A stretch of 64,000 bases of DNA from Nitrospirota bacterium (GTDB taxonomy: Bacteria > Nitrospirota > UBA9217): positions 1,972,333 through 2,036,332 of the forward strand of contig OY760142.1 of the NCBI GenBank assembly GCA_963663225.1, given 5' to 3'. A program made the position numbers and the translations under genes. The notes beneath the pieces were generated by a model. The model ran no database searches and was not told the DNA's origin. It worked only from the letters and a program-made list of their open reading frames with translations. This document shows positions 19,683 to 29,685 of this stretch, one piece after another (positions within the stretch are counted from its first letter, which is position 1; every line of letters begins with the position of its first letter).

Positions 19683-21791
19683 ATGATGAATAGAAAAAAC
19701 ATCGAGATGCTGATCACTAATATGAAAAACATACCCTTCGGCATTCTTTTTTTGCTTGTGCTCGCCGGACTGTTTTGTCTCCCCCGGCTTGCTGTAAGTC
19801 AGGAATTTTCAAAGGCAGGTCCTGTCGCGATAACCGCCGACAAGCTTGATTATGATCGTATCGCGGATGTCTACACCGCTGCAGGGCATGTTAAAATCGA
19901 GTACGAGGGCATGCGGCTTGAAGCAGACAAAGTAGTATTGAACAATAAAACAGGCGAAGCCATGGCCGAAGGCAAGGTGTTCCTGCAGGATAAAGGAGAC
20001 TCCACCCGGGCCGACAGCCTGCAAGTGAATATTAATACGCGGTCCGGCGTCATGTACAAAGGTGAGATTTTCAAACAGAAAGAGAATCTTCACGTAAAGG
20101 GAGACGTGATAGAGCGGCGGTCGGAAACCGTTTATCATGTAGAAAAAGGCGCAATCACGACCTGCGATGAAAACGAATGGTATCTGAAGGCGAGCGAGCT
20201 TGATGTCGACATGGACCGGTACGCCACCGCAAAGGGCGTATCTTTTAACATGTTGGGGCTGCCGATGTTTTATACCCCCTACTTTCTCTTCCCGGTAAAA
20301 AGGCAGACCGGATTTCTGGTCCCCATGGTCGGCAACAGCAGTCTTGACGGTTTCAGTATTCAAAATGCGTTTTTCTGGGCGATATCAGACTACAAGGATA
20401 TGACGGTCTATTCTGATTACCGGGCTAACACAGGGCACGGTACGGGCCTAGAATTCCGATATATGAATTCCATAGAATCATCCGGCCAGATTTACGGAAA
20501 ATTTTGGAACATGTTTCGTACAAGCGAAATCCGCGATGCACGGTTTGGACATGAGACAAATGAATCACGATGGGAACTTCTGCTGAAACACCGCGAAGAA
20601 TTTACGGAGGACTTTTCAGGAAGCCTCGATGTTAACCTTGTGAGTGATCAGCATTATTACTACGATCTTGATAAACAGCTGGAAAAAAAGTCCAGGCCCT
20701 ACCTTGACTCGAATGTTTTTTTCACGGAGCGATGGAACACCTCGATACTGTACCTCTTAGGCCAGTACTCTACGGACCTTACACAGTCCAATCGCAACAC
20801 GATTCAGAAACTGCCGGAGATCCGGTATACAATGTTTGCGGAGCCGCTGTTCGGGCCTCTCTATTTCAACTTCGATGGGTCGGCGGTCAATTTTGTGAGG
20901 CAGGAGGGGGACGGCTTGCGGCGGCTGGATTTAAATCCGAATTTTGCCGCGGTATTTGGAAGCAACGGCCTGAGCCTCATGCCCCGGGTGGGAGCGCGGG
21001 CAACACTGTATGATCGAAAGGATCCGAATGCTTCAACCGACACGGCAACAAACCGCTCCTATCTATATGCCGGTGTAGATGCGAACGCCCGTATTTCGCG
21101 CATCTACGGCAGCGATCGGGAAGAAGGAATCGGAAAACTGAAGCACTCGATAGAACCGACCGTGTCGTACACATACATTCCCCATACCAAGACGTCAGAT
21201 ATCCCGCGTTTTGATGCTGTTGATTCAGTGGTGTCTGCGAATACGGTAACAGTTTCATTGATCAACCGCGTTACGGCACACTACAAGGAAACTAAAGAAA
21301 ATTCGAATATCACTAATTTTGACCTGCTTGTCTTTAAACTGTCGCAGGGCTACAACCTGACTGCCATGGACACAACAAGCCATCCCTCGGTTTTTCAGGG
21401 CGACTTGTATATCAATGCCCCCAAGTTTTTTTCCTTCTCAGGAACTGGAAGTTATTATCCCGATCTCGGCCATGCATCGCATACTGAAACTGCCAGCTTT
21501 ACGACGGATTCTGTTAAACTCAATCTTTCGTACCAACACTCACGGTCGCTGCCACTGGCAACTTCCGGAGAATATCTTATTCTCGGAGGCGAATTAAAAT
21601 TCGGTAAATGGAATTTTGCGGCAAACTACTCTCAGGATTTGGTGAATAATATTACAAACCAGATAGAATACCGGGTGCGTTACAGTGCTCAATGCTGGGG
21701 AATTACTGCCGCATTTGTTCATTCTCCGGGCGAGTCTCGTTTTACGGCGATGCTGGACCTCAAAGGTCTTGGCGGCGGTTTTGCCAGATAA
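19683..21791 (+). CDS. lptD: LPS-assembly outer-membrane protein LptD (OstA)
   Basis: 702 aa; signal peptide, OstA N-terminal domain, large C-terminal beta-barrel. Confidence 0.8.
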   Translation: MMNRKNIEMLITNMKNIPFGILFLLVLAGLFCLPRLAVSQEFSKAGPVAITADKLDYDRIADVYTAAGHVKIEYEGMRLEADKVVLNNKTGEAMAEGKVFLQDKGDSTRADSLQVNINTRSGVMYKGEIFKQKENLHVKGDVIERRSETVYHVEKGAITTCDENEWYLKASELDVDMDRYATAKGVSFNMLGLPMFYTPYFLFPVKRQTGFLVPMVGNSSLDGFSIQNAFFWAISDYKDMTVYSDYRANTGHGTGLEFRYMNSIESSGQIYGKFWNMFRTSEIRDARFGHETNESRWELLLKHREEFTEDFSGSLDVNLVSDQHYYYDLDKQLEKKSRPYLDSNVFFTERWNTSILYLLGQYSTDLTQSNRNTIQKLPEIRYTMFAEPLFGPLYFNFDGSAVNFVRQEGDGLRRLDLNPNFAAVFGSNGLSLMPRVGARATLYDRKDPNASTDTATNRSYLYAGVDANARISRIYGSDREEGIGKLKHSIEPTVSYTYIPHTKTSDIPRFDAVDSVVSANTVTVSLINRVTAHYKETKENSNITNFDLLVFKLSQGYNLTAMDTTSHPSVFQGDLYINAPKFFSFSGTGSYYPDLGHASHTETASFTTDSVKLNLSYQHSRSLPLATSGEYLILGGELKFGKWNFAANYSQDLVNNITNQIEYRVRYSAQCWGITAAFVHSPGESRFTAMLDLKGLGGGFAR

Positions 21792-21815
21792 GAGGTAGCG
21801 AAGGAGGGGAAGTCT

Positions 21816-22136
21816 GTGTCTCATGAAGTTGTCGTACTGATTACTGCTGCGAATCAAGAAGAAGCCGCACAAATCGGGACAACCCTCGTCCATGAACGTC
21901 TTGCCGCGTGCGTTAATATTGTACCCGCGGTGCGCTCCCTGTTTATCTGGAAAGGAACAATGCAGGATGAACAGGAGACCCTTCTCCTCGTGAAAAGCAG
22001 ACGACCTCTTATGGAGCAGCTTGCCGCGCGGGTGAAGTCCCTCCACTCTTATACAGTGCCTGAAGTGATTGCCCTTCCCATTGTCAGTGGGTCCGAGGAA
22101 TATCTAACATGGCTGAACGAATCAACGAAACCGTGA
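21816..22136 (+). CDS. cutA: Divalent-cation tolerance protein CutA
   Basis: 106 aa; CutA1 family (EEAAQIGTTLVHERLAACVNI, SLFIWKG). Confidence 0.88.
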   Translation: MSHEVVVLITAANQEEAAQIGTTLVHERLAACVNIVPAVRSLFIWKGTMQDEQETLLLVKSRRPLMEQLAARVKSLHSYTVPEVIALPIVSGSEEYLTWLNESTKP

Positions 22137-22362
22137 AAGCGGAGTTGAGGCTTCCAGTCACCCCTATCAGGAACCGCTAAAGTTCTCTTCGCGTGTACCG
22201 AAAAGAATATTATAACAGCCAGATAGATGACAGTTTTTTGCAAAAAAAATTGTTTGTTTATTATATTTTTTTTGGTTATTCTATATATTGATACTTTAAA
22301 ACAAAACATACAATGTGTTGTGGGATATCAGTGCGGATAGTAGGTAGAAAGTAAGAAAATAT

Positions 22363-22392
22363 TGACATTTACCAGCTGTTTATGATAGCTTT
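22363..22392 (+). promoter_or_regulatory. Putative sigma70-type promoter upstream of M23 peptidase gene
   Basis: TTGACA at 22363 followed by TATGAT/ATAGCT candidates; spacing imperfect. Confidence 0.25.
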
Positions 22393-22419
22393 AATTGGTT
22401 ATTTGCGTTTTTTGGAGGA

Positions 22420-23358
22420 TTGATGATCGCAAGAAAGCCAAGAAATAATAAGAAAAAAGAATATTTTACCTTTATGTTCCTGCCCGGCCCGAACAAGCGG
22501 GTGCGTACACTCAGCATATCCAAATCTGTTCTTAAGAGCGTGGTTCTTTCTTTTCTGGGCGTCTTGGTGTTTTCAAGCTACCTTATTTACGAGTACAATG
22601 ATGTAAAAGATAAAGTGTGGGAACTGCAGACTGTTCGTGAAGAGTTAATGCAGCAAAAGGCGCAGGTGCAGGGTTTTGCGCTCAACATGCTGGATTACAA
22701 ACGACAGATGTTCTTGCTCAGAGATTTGGACACAAAACTTCGCCGAGCCGTAAGCCTGGGCCCGAGGGACAAAGCTCAGCAGGTGCTGGGTATTGGAGGC
22801 CCTGATGAACTTGGTTTGCACAACCTGGCTTCACTTGGCGAAAAAAAGCAGGAAGAAGCGCTTAAGGAAATGCACCAGGAGTTGACGCAGCTCAAGGGTG
22901 CCGCTGCAAAACAGGAAACAAGCCTCCAGATGCTCATCGAATATTTCGAAGATAAACGCTCATTATATGCATCCACGCCATCCATATGGCCGGTGCGCGG
23001 TTGGGTAACGTCTCCTTTTGGCAGCAGAACCTCGCCGTTCAGCGGAATACTTAAATTCCACGAAGGCATTGATATTGCCGCCCAGACGGGAACGCCGGTC
23101 ATGGCGCCCGCGGATGGCGTTGTGATGAAGGCCGGTTTTACCAGCGGTTATGGAAATGTGGTTGAGATCAGTCACGGGTATGGTATTAAAACAGTATATG
23201 CCCATAACTCACGTTTGCATGTCAAAGAAGGACAGCGGGTCAAGCGTGGAGATGTTATTTGTTATGTAGGGGACACGGGTTCCAGCACGGGGCCGCATCT
23301 CCACTATGAGGTCCGCTTGAATGGTTTGCCGGTAAATCCTGTAAAATATATGAATTAA
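22420..23358 (+). CDS. M23-family murein endopeptidase
   Basis: 312 aa; N-terminal TM, coiled coil, LytM domain HEGIDIAAQTGTPVMAPADGVV...GSSTGPHLHYEV; SD GGAGG upstream. Confidence 0.88.
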   Translation: MMIARKPRNNKKKEYFTFMFLPGPNKRVRTLSISKSVLKSVVLSFLGVLVFSSYLIYEYNDVKDKVWELQTVREELMQQKAQVQGFALNMLDYKRQMFLLRDLDTKLRRAVSLGPRDKAQQVLGIGGPDELGLHNLASLGEKKQEEALKEMHQELTQLKGAAAKQETSLQMLIEYFEDKRSLYASTPSIWPVRGWVTSPFGSRTSPFSGILKFHEGIDIAAQTGTPVMAPADGVVMKAGFTSGYGNVVEISHGYGIKTVYAHNSRLHVKEGQRVKRGDVICYVGDTGSSTGPHLHYEVRLNGLPVNPVKYMN

Positions 23359-23548
23359 GAAGTACAGAATCGAACATCCATCCTCTTCAGATTATCACCG
23401 CTATTCATGATTGCATAAACTCTTAACAGTAGCCGGGGATAGAGCGTAATCAAGAACTATACGCTTATCCCTTAACTATATCGATTCCGCAGGAGTGGCA
23501 AAACACGGGTCATTGCCTTCGGAAACTGGCAAGGAGGGGGTTGGCATT

Positions 23549-23755
23549 ATGTCTACAGGGAAAGTGAAGTGGTTCAATGAGTCAAAAGGATATGGGTTTA
23601 TCGAACCGGATGGAGGTGGACGCGATGTGTTTGTGCACTTCTCGGCAATTCAGGGAGATGGATACAAAACACTTTCGGAAGGGCAGGCGGTTGAATTTGA
23701 AGTAATCCAGGGCGAGAAAGGCCCTCAAGCATCAAATGTATTAAAGGCATCCTGA
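23549..23755 (+). CDS. cspA: Cold-shock protein
   Basis: [26 protein letters not shown] motifs; start at MSTGK; long 5' leader typical of csp genes. Confidence 0.93.
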   Translation: MSTGKVKWFNESKGYGFIEPDGGGRDVFVHFSAIQGDGYKTLSEGQAVEFEVIQGEKGPQASNVLKAS

Positions 23756-23825
23756 TCGTTTTTCCCGACGATATGCCTATACTTTATGGGAACTGTGGCC
23801 CGGTTACCTGCGTACATAATTTAAA

Positions 23826-23860
23826 CCCCGAAGATTCTTTCGCTCTTCGGGGTTTTTTGT
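23826..23860 (+). terminator. Rho-independent terminator after cspA
   Basis: CCCCGAAGAttctttcgcTCTTCGGGG hairpin followed by TTTTTTGT. Confidence 0.8.
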
Positions 23861-23923
23861 GCGCTTGGCCTAAGCTTTTGCTGTCAACAGATACCAAACA
23901 GAAAACATTAGTTGTCTTGTTCG

Positions 23924-24256
23924 TCAGACGCCTGCAACAACTTTTCTCTTTGCGGCATGCTGTTCAAAAAGTACTTCCTTCATCAGGGTGCACGCATCAA
24001 TGACTTTTACGTTGGCAACCCGATAAAAGATATTCACCCCTTCCCGCCGTGTGGTCAAAATACCTTTGTGCCGCATAACAGCAAGATGCTGAGAGACATT
24101 TGCCTTTGATGCTCCGAGCGCTTCCACCAGCTCTGTGACCGTTTTCTCATGGTGCTTCAGGACGCTTAATATTTCTATTCTCTTGGGATTCGTGAGGGTT
24201 TTGCAGAGCTCGGCCTGCATTTCGTATATCGCCTTGTCAGTCAAAATATTTTTCAT
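23924..24256 (-). CDS. ArsR/SmtB-family transcriptional regulator
   Basis: 110 aa; winged HTH (LTNPKRIEILSVLKHHEKTVTELVEALGASKANVSQHL). Confidence 0.85.
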   Translation of the reverse strand: MKNILTDKAIYEMQAELCKTLTNPKRIEILSVLKHHEKTVTELVEALGASKANVSQHLAVMRHKGILTTRREGVNIFYRVANVKVIDACTLMKEVLFEQHAAKRKVVAGV

Positions 24257-24282
24257 GGAGACTTTTTACACTTACCGGGTAC

Positions 24283-24300
24283 ATTTGTCAAGCAACAAAT
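24283..24300. promoter_or_regulatory. Inverted repeat ATTTGT-N6-ACAAAT, candidate ArsR autoregulatory operator
   Basis: Perfect 6-6-6 palindrome 27 bp upstream of the ArsR start codon in the arsR/secA divergent region. Confidence 0.45.
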
Positions 24301-24487
24301 AGCCAAATAGAAGGTCGTTTTTAATCTGGAATTCCCGGTATGAACAGCATCAATCGAAACGTAAACACAAGGTAAGCAATGACCTTTTTCGTACGAATAG
24401 ACAACGATTATTTGCTTGAATTCCCCGGTAAAAATGATAATATCAAAATGCTGATAATGTCACAAGTGTTATATGGAGAGAAAATAG

Positions 24488-27124
24488 ATGATAGGCGGTA
24501 TTCTAAAAAAAGTATTTGGCACGCAGAATGATAGAGAACTGAAACGAATTCAAGCGTACGTTGAGAAGATCAATGCTCTCGATTCTGAATTTTCACGTCT
24601 GACTGATGCGGACTTGCGGGGCAAGACCGATGAATACAAGAAACGGCTGCAGCAGGGAGAAACGCTCACGGATCTTCTTCCCGAAGCATTTGCCGCGGTG
24701 CGTGAGGTTTCGAGGCGGACGCTCGGTATGCGCCATTTTGACTCTCAGCTTGTGGGCGGCATTGTGCTGCATGAAGGCAAAATCGCCGAGATGAAAACCG
24801 GTGAAGGCAAGACGCTTGTCGCCACTCTTCCTGTCTACCTGAACAGCCTGACGGGCAAAGGGGTGCATGTGGTTACCGTGAATGATTATCTCGCCCGGCG
24901 CGATGCACAGTGGATGGGGCCCGTTTACCAGTTCCTCGGCCTCTCCGTGGGGGTGATCGTCCACGGACTTGAAGACGAAGAACGCCAGCAGGCCTATGGG
25001 TCTGATGTGACCTACGGCACCAACAACGAATTCGGTTTTGATTATCTGCGCGACAATATGAAATTTGACCTCAAGGATTATGTCCAGCGCGAATTGAACT
25101 TTGCCATTGTCGACGAAGTGGATTCCATCCTGATTGACGAAGCCCGGACCCCGCTCATCATTTCCGGTCCGGCGGAAGATTCAACCGACAAATATTATAA
25201 AATAAACCGCATTATTCCGAGCCTTAAAAAAGATACCGACTACACGATTGAAGAAAAAACCAAGACCGTGGCGCTGACCGAAGACGGCAATATTAAGGTA
25301 GAGCGCATGATCGGTGCGGGGAATCTGTATGATCCGGCAAACGTGGAACTCGTGCACCATGTACACCAGGCGCTGAAAGCGCACGCGCTGTTTCACCGCG
25401 ACGTGGATTACGTCGTCAAGGATGACCAGGTCCTGATTGTTGATGAGTTTACCGGCAGACTCATGCCCGGCAGGCGCTGGAGCGACGGCCTCCATCAGGC
25501 CATCGAAGCCAAGGAAAATGTCAAGATCGAGAATGAGAACCAGACATTGGCATCGATTACGTTCCAGAATTACTTCCGGTTGTATAACAAGCTTGCTGGA
25601 ATGACAGGCACTGCGGAGACGGAGTCCGCGGAGTTTGCAAAGATTTACAACCTCGACGTGCTGGTGATTCCCACCAACATGCCGATGATTCGGGCGGACA
25701 ATCCCGACTTTATATACAAGAGCGAGACAGGAAAGTTCAACGCGGCCATCAACGAGATCGAGGAGCGGCATAAAAACGGCCAGCCCATGCTGGTTGGCAC
25801 GATCACCATCTCCAAGTCCGAGATACTTTCCGCGATGCTCAAGAAAAAGGGCATCAAACATACGGTGCTGAATGCCAAATATCATGAGATGGAAGCCGAG
25901 ATTGTGGCGCAGGCAGGCCGATATGGTGCCGTTACCATTGCGACAAACATGGCGGGCCGCGGAACGGACATCATTCTCGGCGGCAATCCCGAAGGGCTTG
26001 CGCGCCAAATGCTGAAAGGCAAGGAATATACCGCGGAAGAATGGAACGCAACGCTTTCTTCGCTGAAAGACCAGTGTGCTGCAGAAAAAGAGAAAGTAAA
26101 AGTCGCGGGTGGCCTTCATATTCTGGGTACTGAGCGGCATGAGGCGCGGCGCATCGACAACCAGTTGCGCGGACGGTCCGGCCGTCAGGGAGACCCCGGG
26201 TCATCGCGATTCTACCTTTCTCTTGAAGACGATCTGCTCCGTATCTTCGGGGCCGACCGGATCAAGGGACTTATGAGCCGGCTCGGCATGGAGGAAGACG
26301 TTCCTATTGAGCATGGCATGGTGTCCCGTACCATTGAAAATAATCAAAAGAAGGTGGAGAACCACAACTTCGAGATACGAAAACATATTCTTGAATACGA
26401 CGACGTGATGAACCAGCAGCGTAAAGTCATCTATGAACAACGGCGCCAGATTCTCGGTGGTGAAGATCTTAAGGAAGAAGTTCTCGGACTTGCAGAAGAC
26501 ATGCTCGAAGGCATGCTCGGATTCTACTGCCCCGAAGACGCCTACCCGGAGACGTGGGATATCACGGGCCTGCGGGACGCGCTCGCAGCCAAGTTTTCCT
26601 ATCGTATGACGGATATAGACCCGCAATCTATGGAGCGCGGCGAATTATACGAAAAACTTTGGGAGGCGGTCAAACAGAGTTATGACGCCAAAGAGCAGCA
26701 GATCGGCACCGAGTTGATGCGGCATTTAGAGAAAGTCTTTATGCTCCAGGCAGTGGATCAGCAGTGGAAAGACCACCTCCTTGCCATGGACCATTTAAAA
26801 GAGGGGATCGGGCTGAGGGGCTATGGCCAGAAAGACCCCCTGATAGAATATAAAAAAGAGGGCTTCGAGATGTTCGAAGAAATGAAGCTGCGCATCGTGG
26901 AATCTACGGTGGAGAACCTCTTCCGCATCAAGGCTGCTGCAAAAGAACAGAGCCAGGAAATCGAACGGCGCCAGCGGCGTCAGATGGAGAAACTGAGCTT
27001 TGTCGGTTCCGGCGACGCAGCCCCGCAACCGGCCCAGCCTGTCCATGCAGGCCAAAAAGTCGGCAGAAACGACCCCTGCCCCTGCGGGAGTGGTCTGAAG
27101 TACAAAAAGTGCCACGGAAAATGA
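24488..27124 (+). CDS. secA: Preprotein translocase ATPase SecA
   Basis: 878 aa; DEAD motor motifs, C-terminal Zn-binding [14 protein letters not shown]. Confidence 0.97.
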   Translation: MIGGILKKVFGTQNDRELKRIQAYVEKINALDSEFSRLTDADLRGKTDEYKKRLQQGETLTDLLPEAFAAVREVSRRTLGMRHFDSQLVGGIVLHEGKIAEMKTGEGKTLVATLPVYLNSLTGKGVHVVTVNDYLARRDAQWMGPVYQFLGLSVGVIVHGLEDEERQQAYGSDVTYGTNNEFGFDYLRDNMKFDLKDYVQRELNFAIVDEVDSILIDEARTPLIISGPAEDSTDKYYKINRIIPSLKKDTDYTIEEKTKTVALTEDGNIKVERMIGAGNLYDPANVELVHHVHQALKAHALFHRDVDYVVKDDQVLIVDEFTGRLMPGRRWSDGLHQAIEAKENVKIENENQTLASITFQNYFRLYNKLAGMTGTAETESAEFAKIYNLDVLVIPTNMPMIRADNPDFIYKSETGKFNAAINEIEERHKNGQPMLVGTITISKSEILSAMLKKKGIKHTVLNAKYHEMEAEIVAQAGRYGAVTIATNMAGRGTDIILGGNPEGLARQMLKGKEYTAEEWNATLSSLKDQCAAEKEKVKVAGGLHILGTERHEARRIDNQLRGRSGRQGDPGSSRFYLSLEDDLLRIFGADRIKGLMSRLGMEEDVPIEHGMVSRTIENNQKKVENHNFEIRKHILEYDDVMNQQRKVIYEQRRQILGGEDLKEEVLGLAEDMLEGMLGFYCPEDAYPETWDITGLRDALAAKFSYRMTDIDPQSMERGELYEKLWEAVKQSYDAKEQQIGTELMRHLEKVFMLQAVDQQWKDHLLAMDHLKEGIGLRGYGQKDPLIEYKKEGFEMFEEMKLRIVESTVENLFRIKAAAKEQSQEIERRQRRQMEKLSFVGSGDAAPQPAQPVHAGQKVGRNDPCPCGSGLKYKKCHGK

Positions 27125-27166
27125 ACTGATAGTAAGATGATCGTTTTATGACATTGACTTTTCAAT

Positions 27167-27199
27167 GCGGTCCCCATGTTCGGAGGCCGCATTTTTTGT
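27167..27199 (+). terminator. Probable intrinsic terminator after secA
   Basis: GCGGTCC...GGAGGCCGC imperfect hairpin followed by ATTTTTTGTTTG. Confidence 0.5.
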
Positions 27200-27536
27200 T
27201 TGCGGGGCTTTACAGAGCGTCTGGTTTCATTTCTTGGTCTTACTAACCTCCGTAAATCATCATATATTGTGCGCAGCGGGGAATAAGATAAGGATTCTTT
27301 TATGAAAAGGGACCTCTCTGTATTATTCCTATTACAGGTTCCGGCGTTGGCGTTCAGTGGTAACTAAAACGTTCGATGTCGCACAGGGTAGACCATTGCC
27401 AATCTTTTATGTGTAAAGCCATAAATACTTGTAGATTATAGGATGCCTTTGTTGTATAATTAAATAACATTACGATACGAACTTTTTGGATTGCATCTGA
27501 TCTGATATCCGATCCGCCTGAGCCTGGGGGTGTGAC

Positions 27537-27719
27537 ATGTTTATACCGCTAGAGCAGTGCCAAATCTACAAGGATGGTCAATGGATTACGGTGGCAGCTT
27601 CGGACTGCATGTGTTTCACCTGCGATGCTCCGTGTTCTCCTTGTGAAAAAGACTGTCCGGGGCCGACGAAGGAATGTAAAAAGAAACAAGACGCAGTAAA
27701 AAACGGCAGGCTTCCTTGA
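27537..27719 (+). CDS. Small Cys-rich hypothetical protein (8 Cys in 60 aa)
   Basis: ATG with SD-like GGGGGTG upstream; CMCFTCDAPCSPCEKDCPGPTKEC; TTG-TATAAT -10-like element ~80 nt upstream; no recognised family. Confidence 0.35.
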   Translation: MFIPLEQCQIYKDGQWITVAASDCMCFTCDAPCSPCEKDCPGPTKECKKKQDAVKNGRLP

Positions 27720-27878
27720 TTTTATTTACAAACGGAGCTAAAGAAACCGAAGAAAATGCAGCTAAGATAACTGCGGAGCTTTTCGCCGACGTTCTTTCAA
27801 CTTTGGGTACGAATCTCACCTGGACACCGGCATGTGTGCATAGATTTCGACCACCGGTGTCTTATTATGGAGGTGACG

Positions 27879-28349
27879 ATGATATCGCCGATCGGACCAC
27901 CTGCTAGCCTGTTTTCCTACTTTCAGACCGATGCTGTTGCCAGGAACAAGTCAGCTTCCCCCGCAGATACTATGGCTGTTCAGGCCTCCGCGGATTCAGA
28001 AAAAACCGCAGCCATAGGCCCGAACGAGTGCAAAACCTGAGCGTCGAGAAAGTACAAGGATCGGTCAAATGATCCTTCCGTTTCGTTTCAGACGCCGACG
28101 TCGGTAGCCCCTGAACTTGCCGCGAGTGCTGTGCGCGCCCATGAGCAGGAGCATGTTCAGCACAATGCATTAAAAGCAGAGAGCGCCGGTATGAAAGCGA
28201 CCTCAATCGTACAGATACATACCGCCGTATGTCCTGAGTGCGGCAGAATTTATGTGTCTGGGGGGACCACTATCACGACCTTTTCACCTGACCAATCCTT
28301 CACTCCAACGGACTCTTCCAACGGAATGCTCGTCAATATCCGCGTATGA
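27879..28349 (+). CDS. Candidate selenoprotein (hypothetical), in-frame TGA at 28038-28040 in C-K-T-U context
   Basis: ATG 27879 with strong SD GGAGGTGA; frame stays open 53 codons to TGA and 102 codons beyond; ...IGPNECKT[U]ASRKY...; hairpin AAGGATC-GGUCAAAU-GATCCTT 15 nt after TGA; C-terminal CPECG motif. Confidence 0.3.
28056..28077 (+). other. SECIS-like stem-loop (7-bp stem, loop GGUCAAAU)
   Basis: Perfect complementarity AAGGATC/GATCCTT; apical loop carries GGUC as in the E. coli fdhF SECIS; starts 15 nt after TGA. Confidence 0.3.
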
Positions 28350-28689
28350 GCGCGGCAGCGTCCTGTGTCACGAGATGCATCCATCGGGTTCCAAGTATCT
28401 CACACGTGTTTACAAATTGAATTGCCTGGAAAAATAACCTGCCTGTTGCAGGCAAATCTTCTTCTCAACAATATGCACGGACGTCTTCATGAGTTGAGCT
28501 TCTTGAGCCCTGCAGGGCGGGCGGAGGGTTTTGCCGACTTGCGGACTTTTATGTCTGATACGAAAATATTATGTAGAATCTGTTTTAAAATACTGATAGA
28601 CTTGTTGCCGAAGATGCATAATAGCCGCTATGCTTTTTACACGGAACCTATTTGAATTCTCATTATTTACTATGACGGGGAGGCAAGGC

Positions 28690-29052
28690 ATGTTTGGGAT
28701 GGGAGCCATGGAGTCTATCGCGATTATTCTGCTGGTTGTGCTGATAGGGGCCGCAATCTGGTTGACTTTTTTCCTTAAAAAAAAATATCCGAACAATATC
28801 TGGATTGGGTTTATTCTCAGTTTTTTGCTGCCTCCCATCGGTCAGTTGTACATCGCGGGGGCGCTGCCATGGATCACCGCTTTATTTGTCTGCTACGTTT
28901 TTTTTCAGGGCTTTCGCATAACGATAGCCACGGCATGGCTGTTGACCGCGGCGGTTTCGGGCATAATCATGTGTTATAGACTGCTCCAGCAAAAGAAATC
29001 ACCGGAGAATTCACCGGTGAAATTGCCAGCGAAAAAAAGCAAAAAAAAATAG
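28690..29052 (+). CDS. Small hypothetical membrane protein (3-4 TM, Lys-rich C-terminus)
   Basis: Start at ATG preceded by GGGGAGG; hydrophobic segments; 4 nt upstream of HD-domain gene. Confidence 0.6.
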   Translation: MFGMGAMESIAIILLVVLIGAAIWLTFFLKKKYPNNIWIGFILSFLLPPIGQLYIAGALPWITALFVCYVFFQGFRITIATAWLLTAAVSGIIMCYRLLQQKKSPENSPVKLPAKKSKKK

Positions 29053-29055
29053 GGT

Positions 29056-29670
29056 GTGCCGATTATGGAGTTGATAATGCCTCGGGTCCGTTTAGAAAAA
29101 CAACTTCGATTTATGGTGGAACTGGACAAGCTTAAACGTATCGTTCGTCATACCAGGCTTACCGATCATTCCCGCCTGGAGAATGACGCCGAACACTCCT
29201 GGCATATGGCTGTTTACGCGTCATGGATGGCGGAATATGCAACAGAGAAAATGGACGTGCTGCGGGCGGTAAAGATGTGTCTCATCCACGATGTTGTTGA
29301 AATTGATGCAGGGGACGCATACGCATACGATGCTGCTGCCAATGTGGGCAAAGCCGAGCGTGAGCGCAAAGCCGCAGAGCGAATTTTTCACCTGCTGCCG
29401 GAAGACCAGTATCTTGAGATTCGATCCCTCTGGGAGGACTTTGAGGAAATGAAGTCTCCCGAAGCGAGGTTTGCCGCGGCTCTTGACCGGCTTCAGAGCG
29501 TTCTGAACAACTACCATGCCGGCGGCGTTATCTGGAAAGAACATGGCATAAAAGAGAGCCAGATCCAGTCGCGGATCGGGCCGGTGCGGAGCATCACTCC
29601 CGCTCTCTGGGAGTATTTACAAGAAATCGTGACGGACGGTGTTCGCCGGGGGTGGATTGCGCCAGGGTAA
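29056..29670 (+). CDS. HD-domain phosphohydrolase (YfbR-like 5'-deoxynucleotidase family)
   Basis: 204 aa; HD motif EHSWHMAV...LIHDVVEIDAGD. Confidence 0.8.
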   Translation: MPIMELIMPRVRLEKQLRFMVELDKLKRIVRHTRLTDHSRLENDAEHSWHMAVYASWMAEYATEKMDVLRAVKMCLIHDVVEIDAGDAYAYDAAANVGKAERERKAAERIFHLLPEDQYLEIRSLWEDFEEMKSPEARFAAALDRLQSVLNNYHAGGVIWKEHGIKESQIQSRIGPVRSITPALWEYLQEIVTDGVRRGWIAPG

Positions 29671-29685
29671 GAGCCGTCCTGCTTT

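Noticed and set aside
25181-26140. 319-aa antisense ORF inside secA
   Set aside because: It is a shadow ORF opposite a clearly homologous gene. Long antisense shadows were rejected for the same reason at 53200..54339 (inside glgA), 59237..60310 (opposite the hydrogenase small subunit), 45752..46435 and 46272..46919 (inside the MCP), 2407..3576 (inside rpsA) and 13946..14644 (inside the helicase).
27537-27770. Reading the TGA that ends the Cys-rich small ORF as Sec
   Set aside because: Read-through continues only 16 codons to a TAA. No hairpin follows the TGA and there is no redox-motif context.
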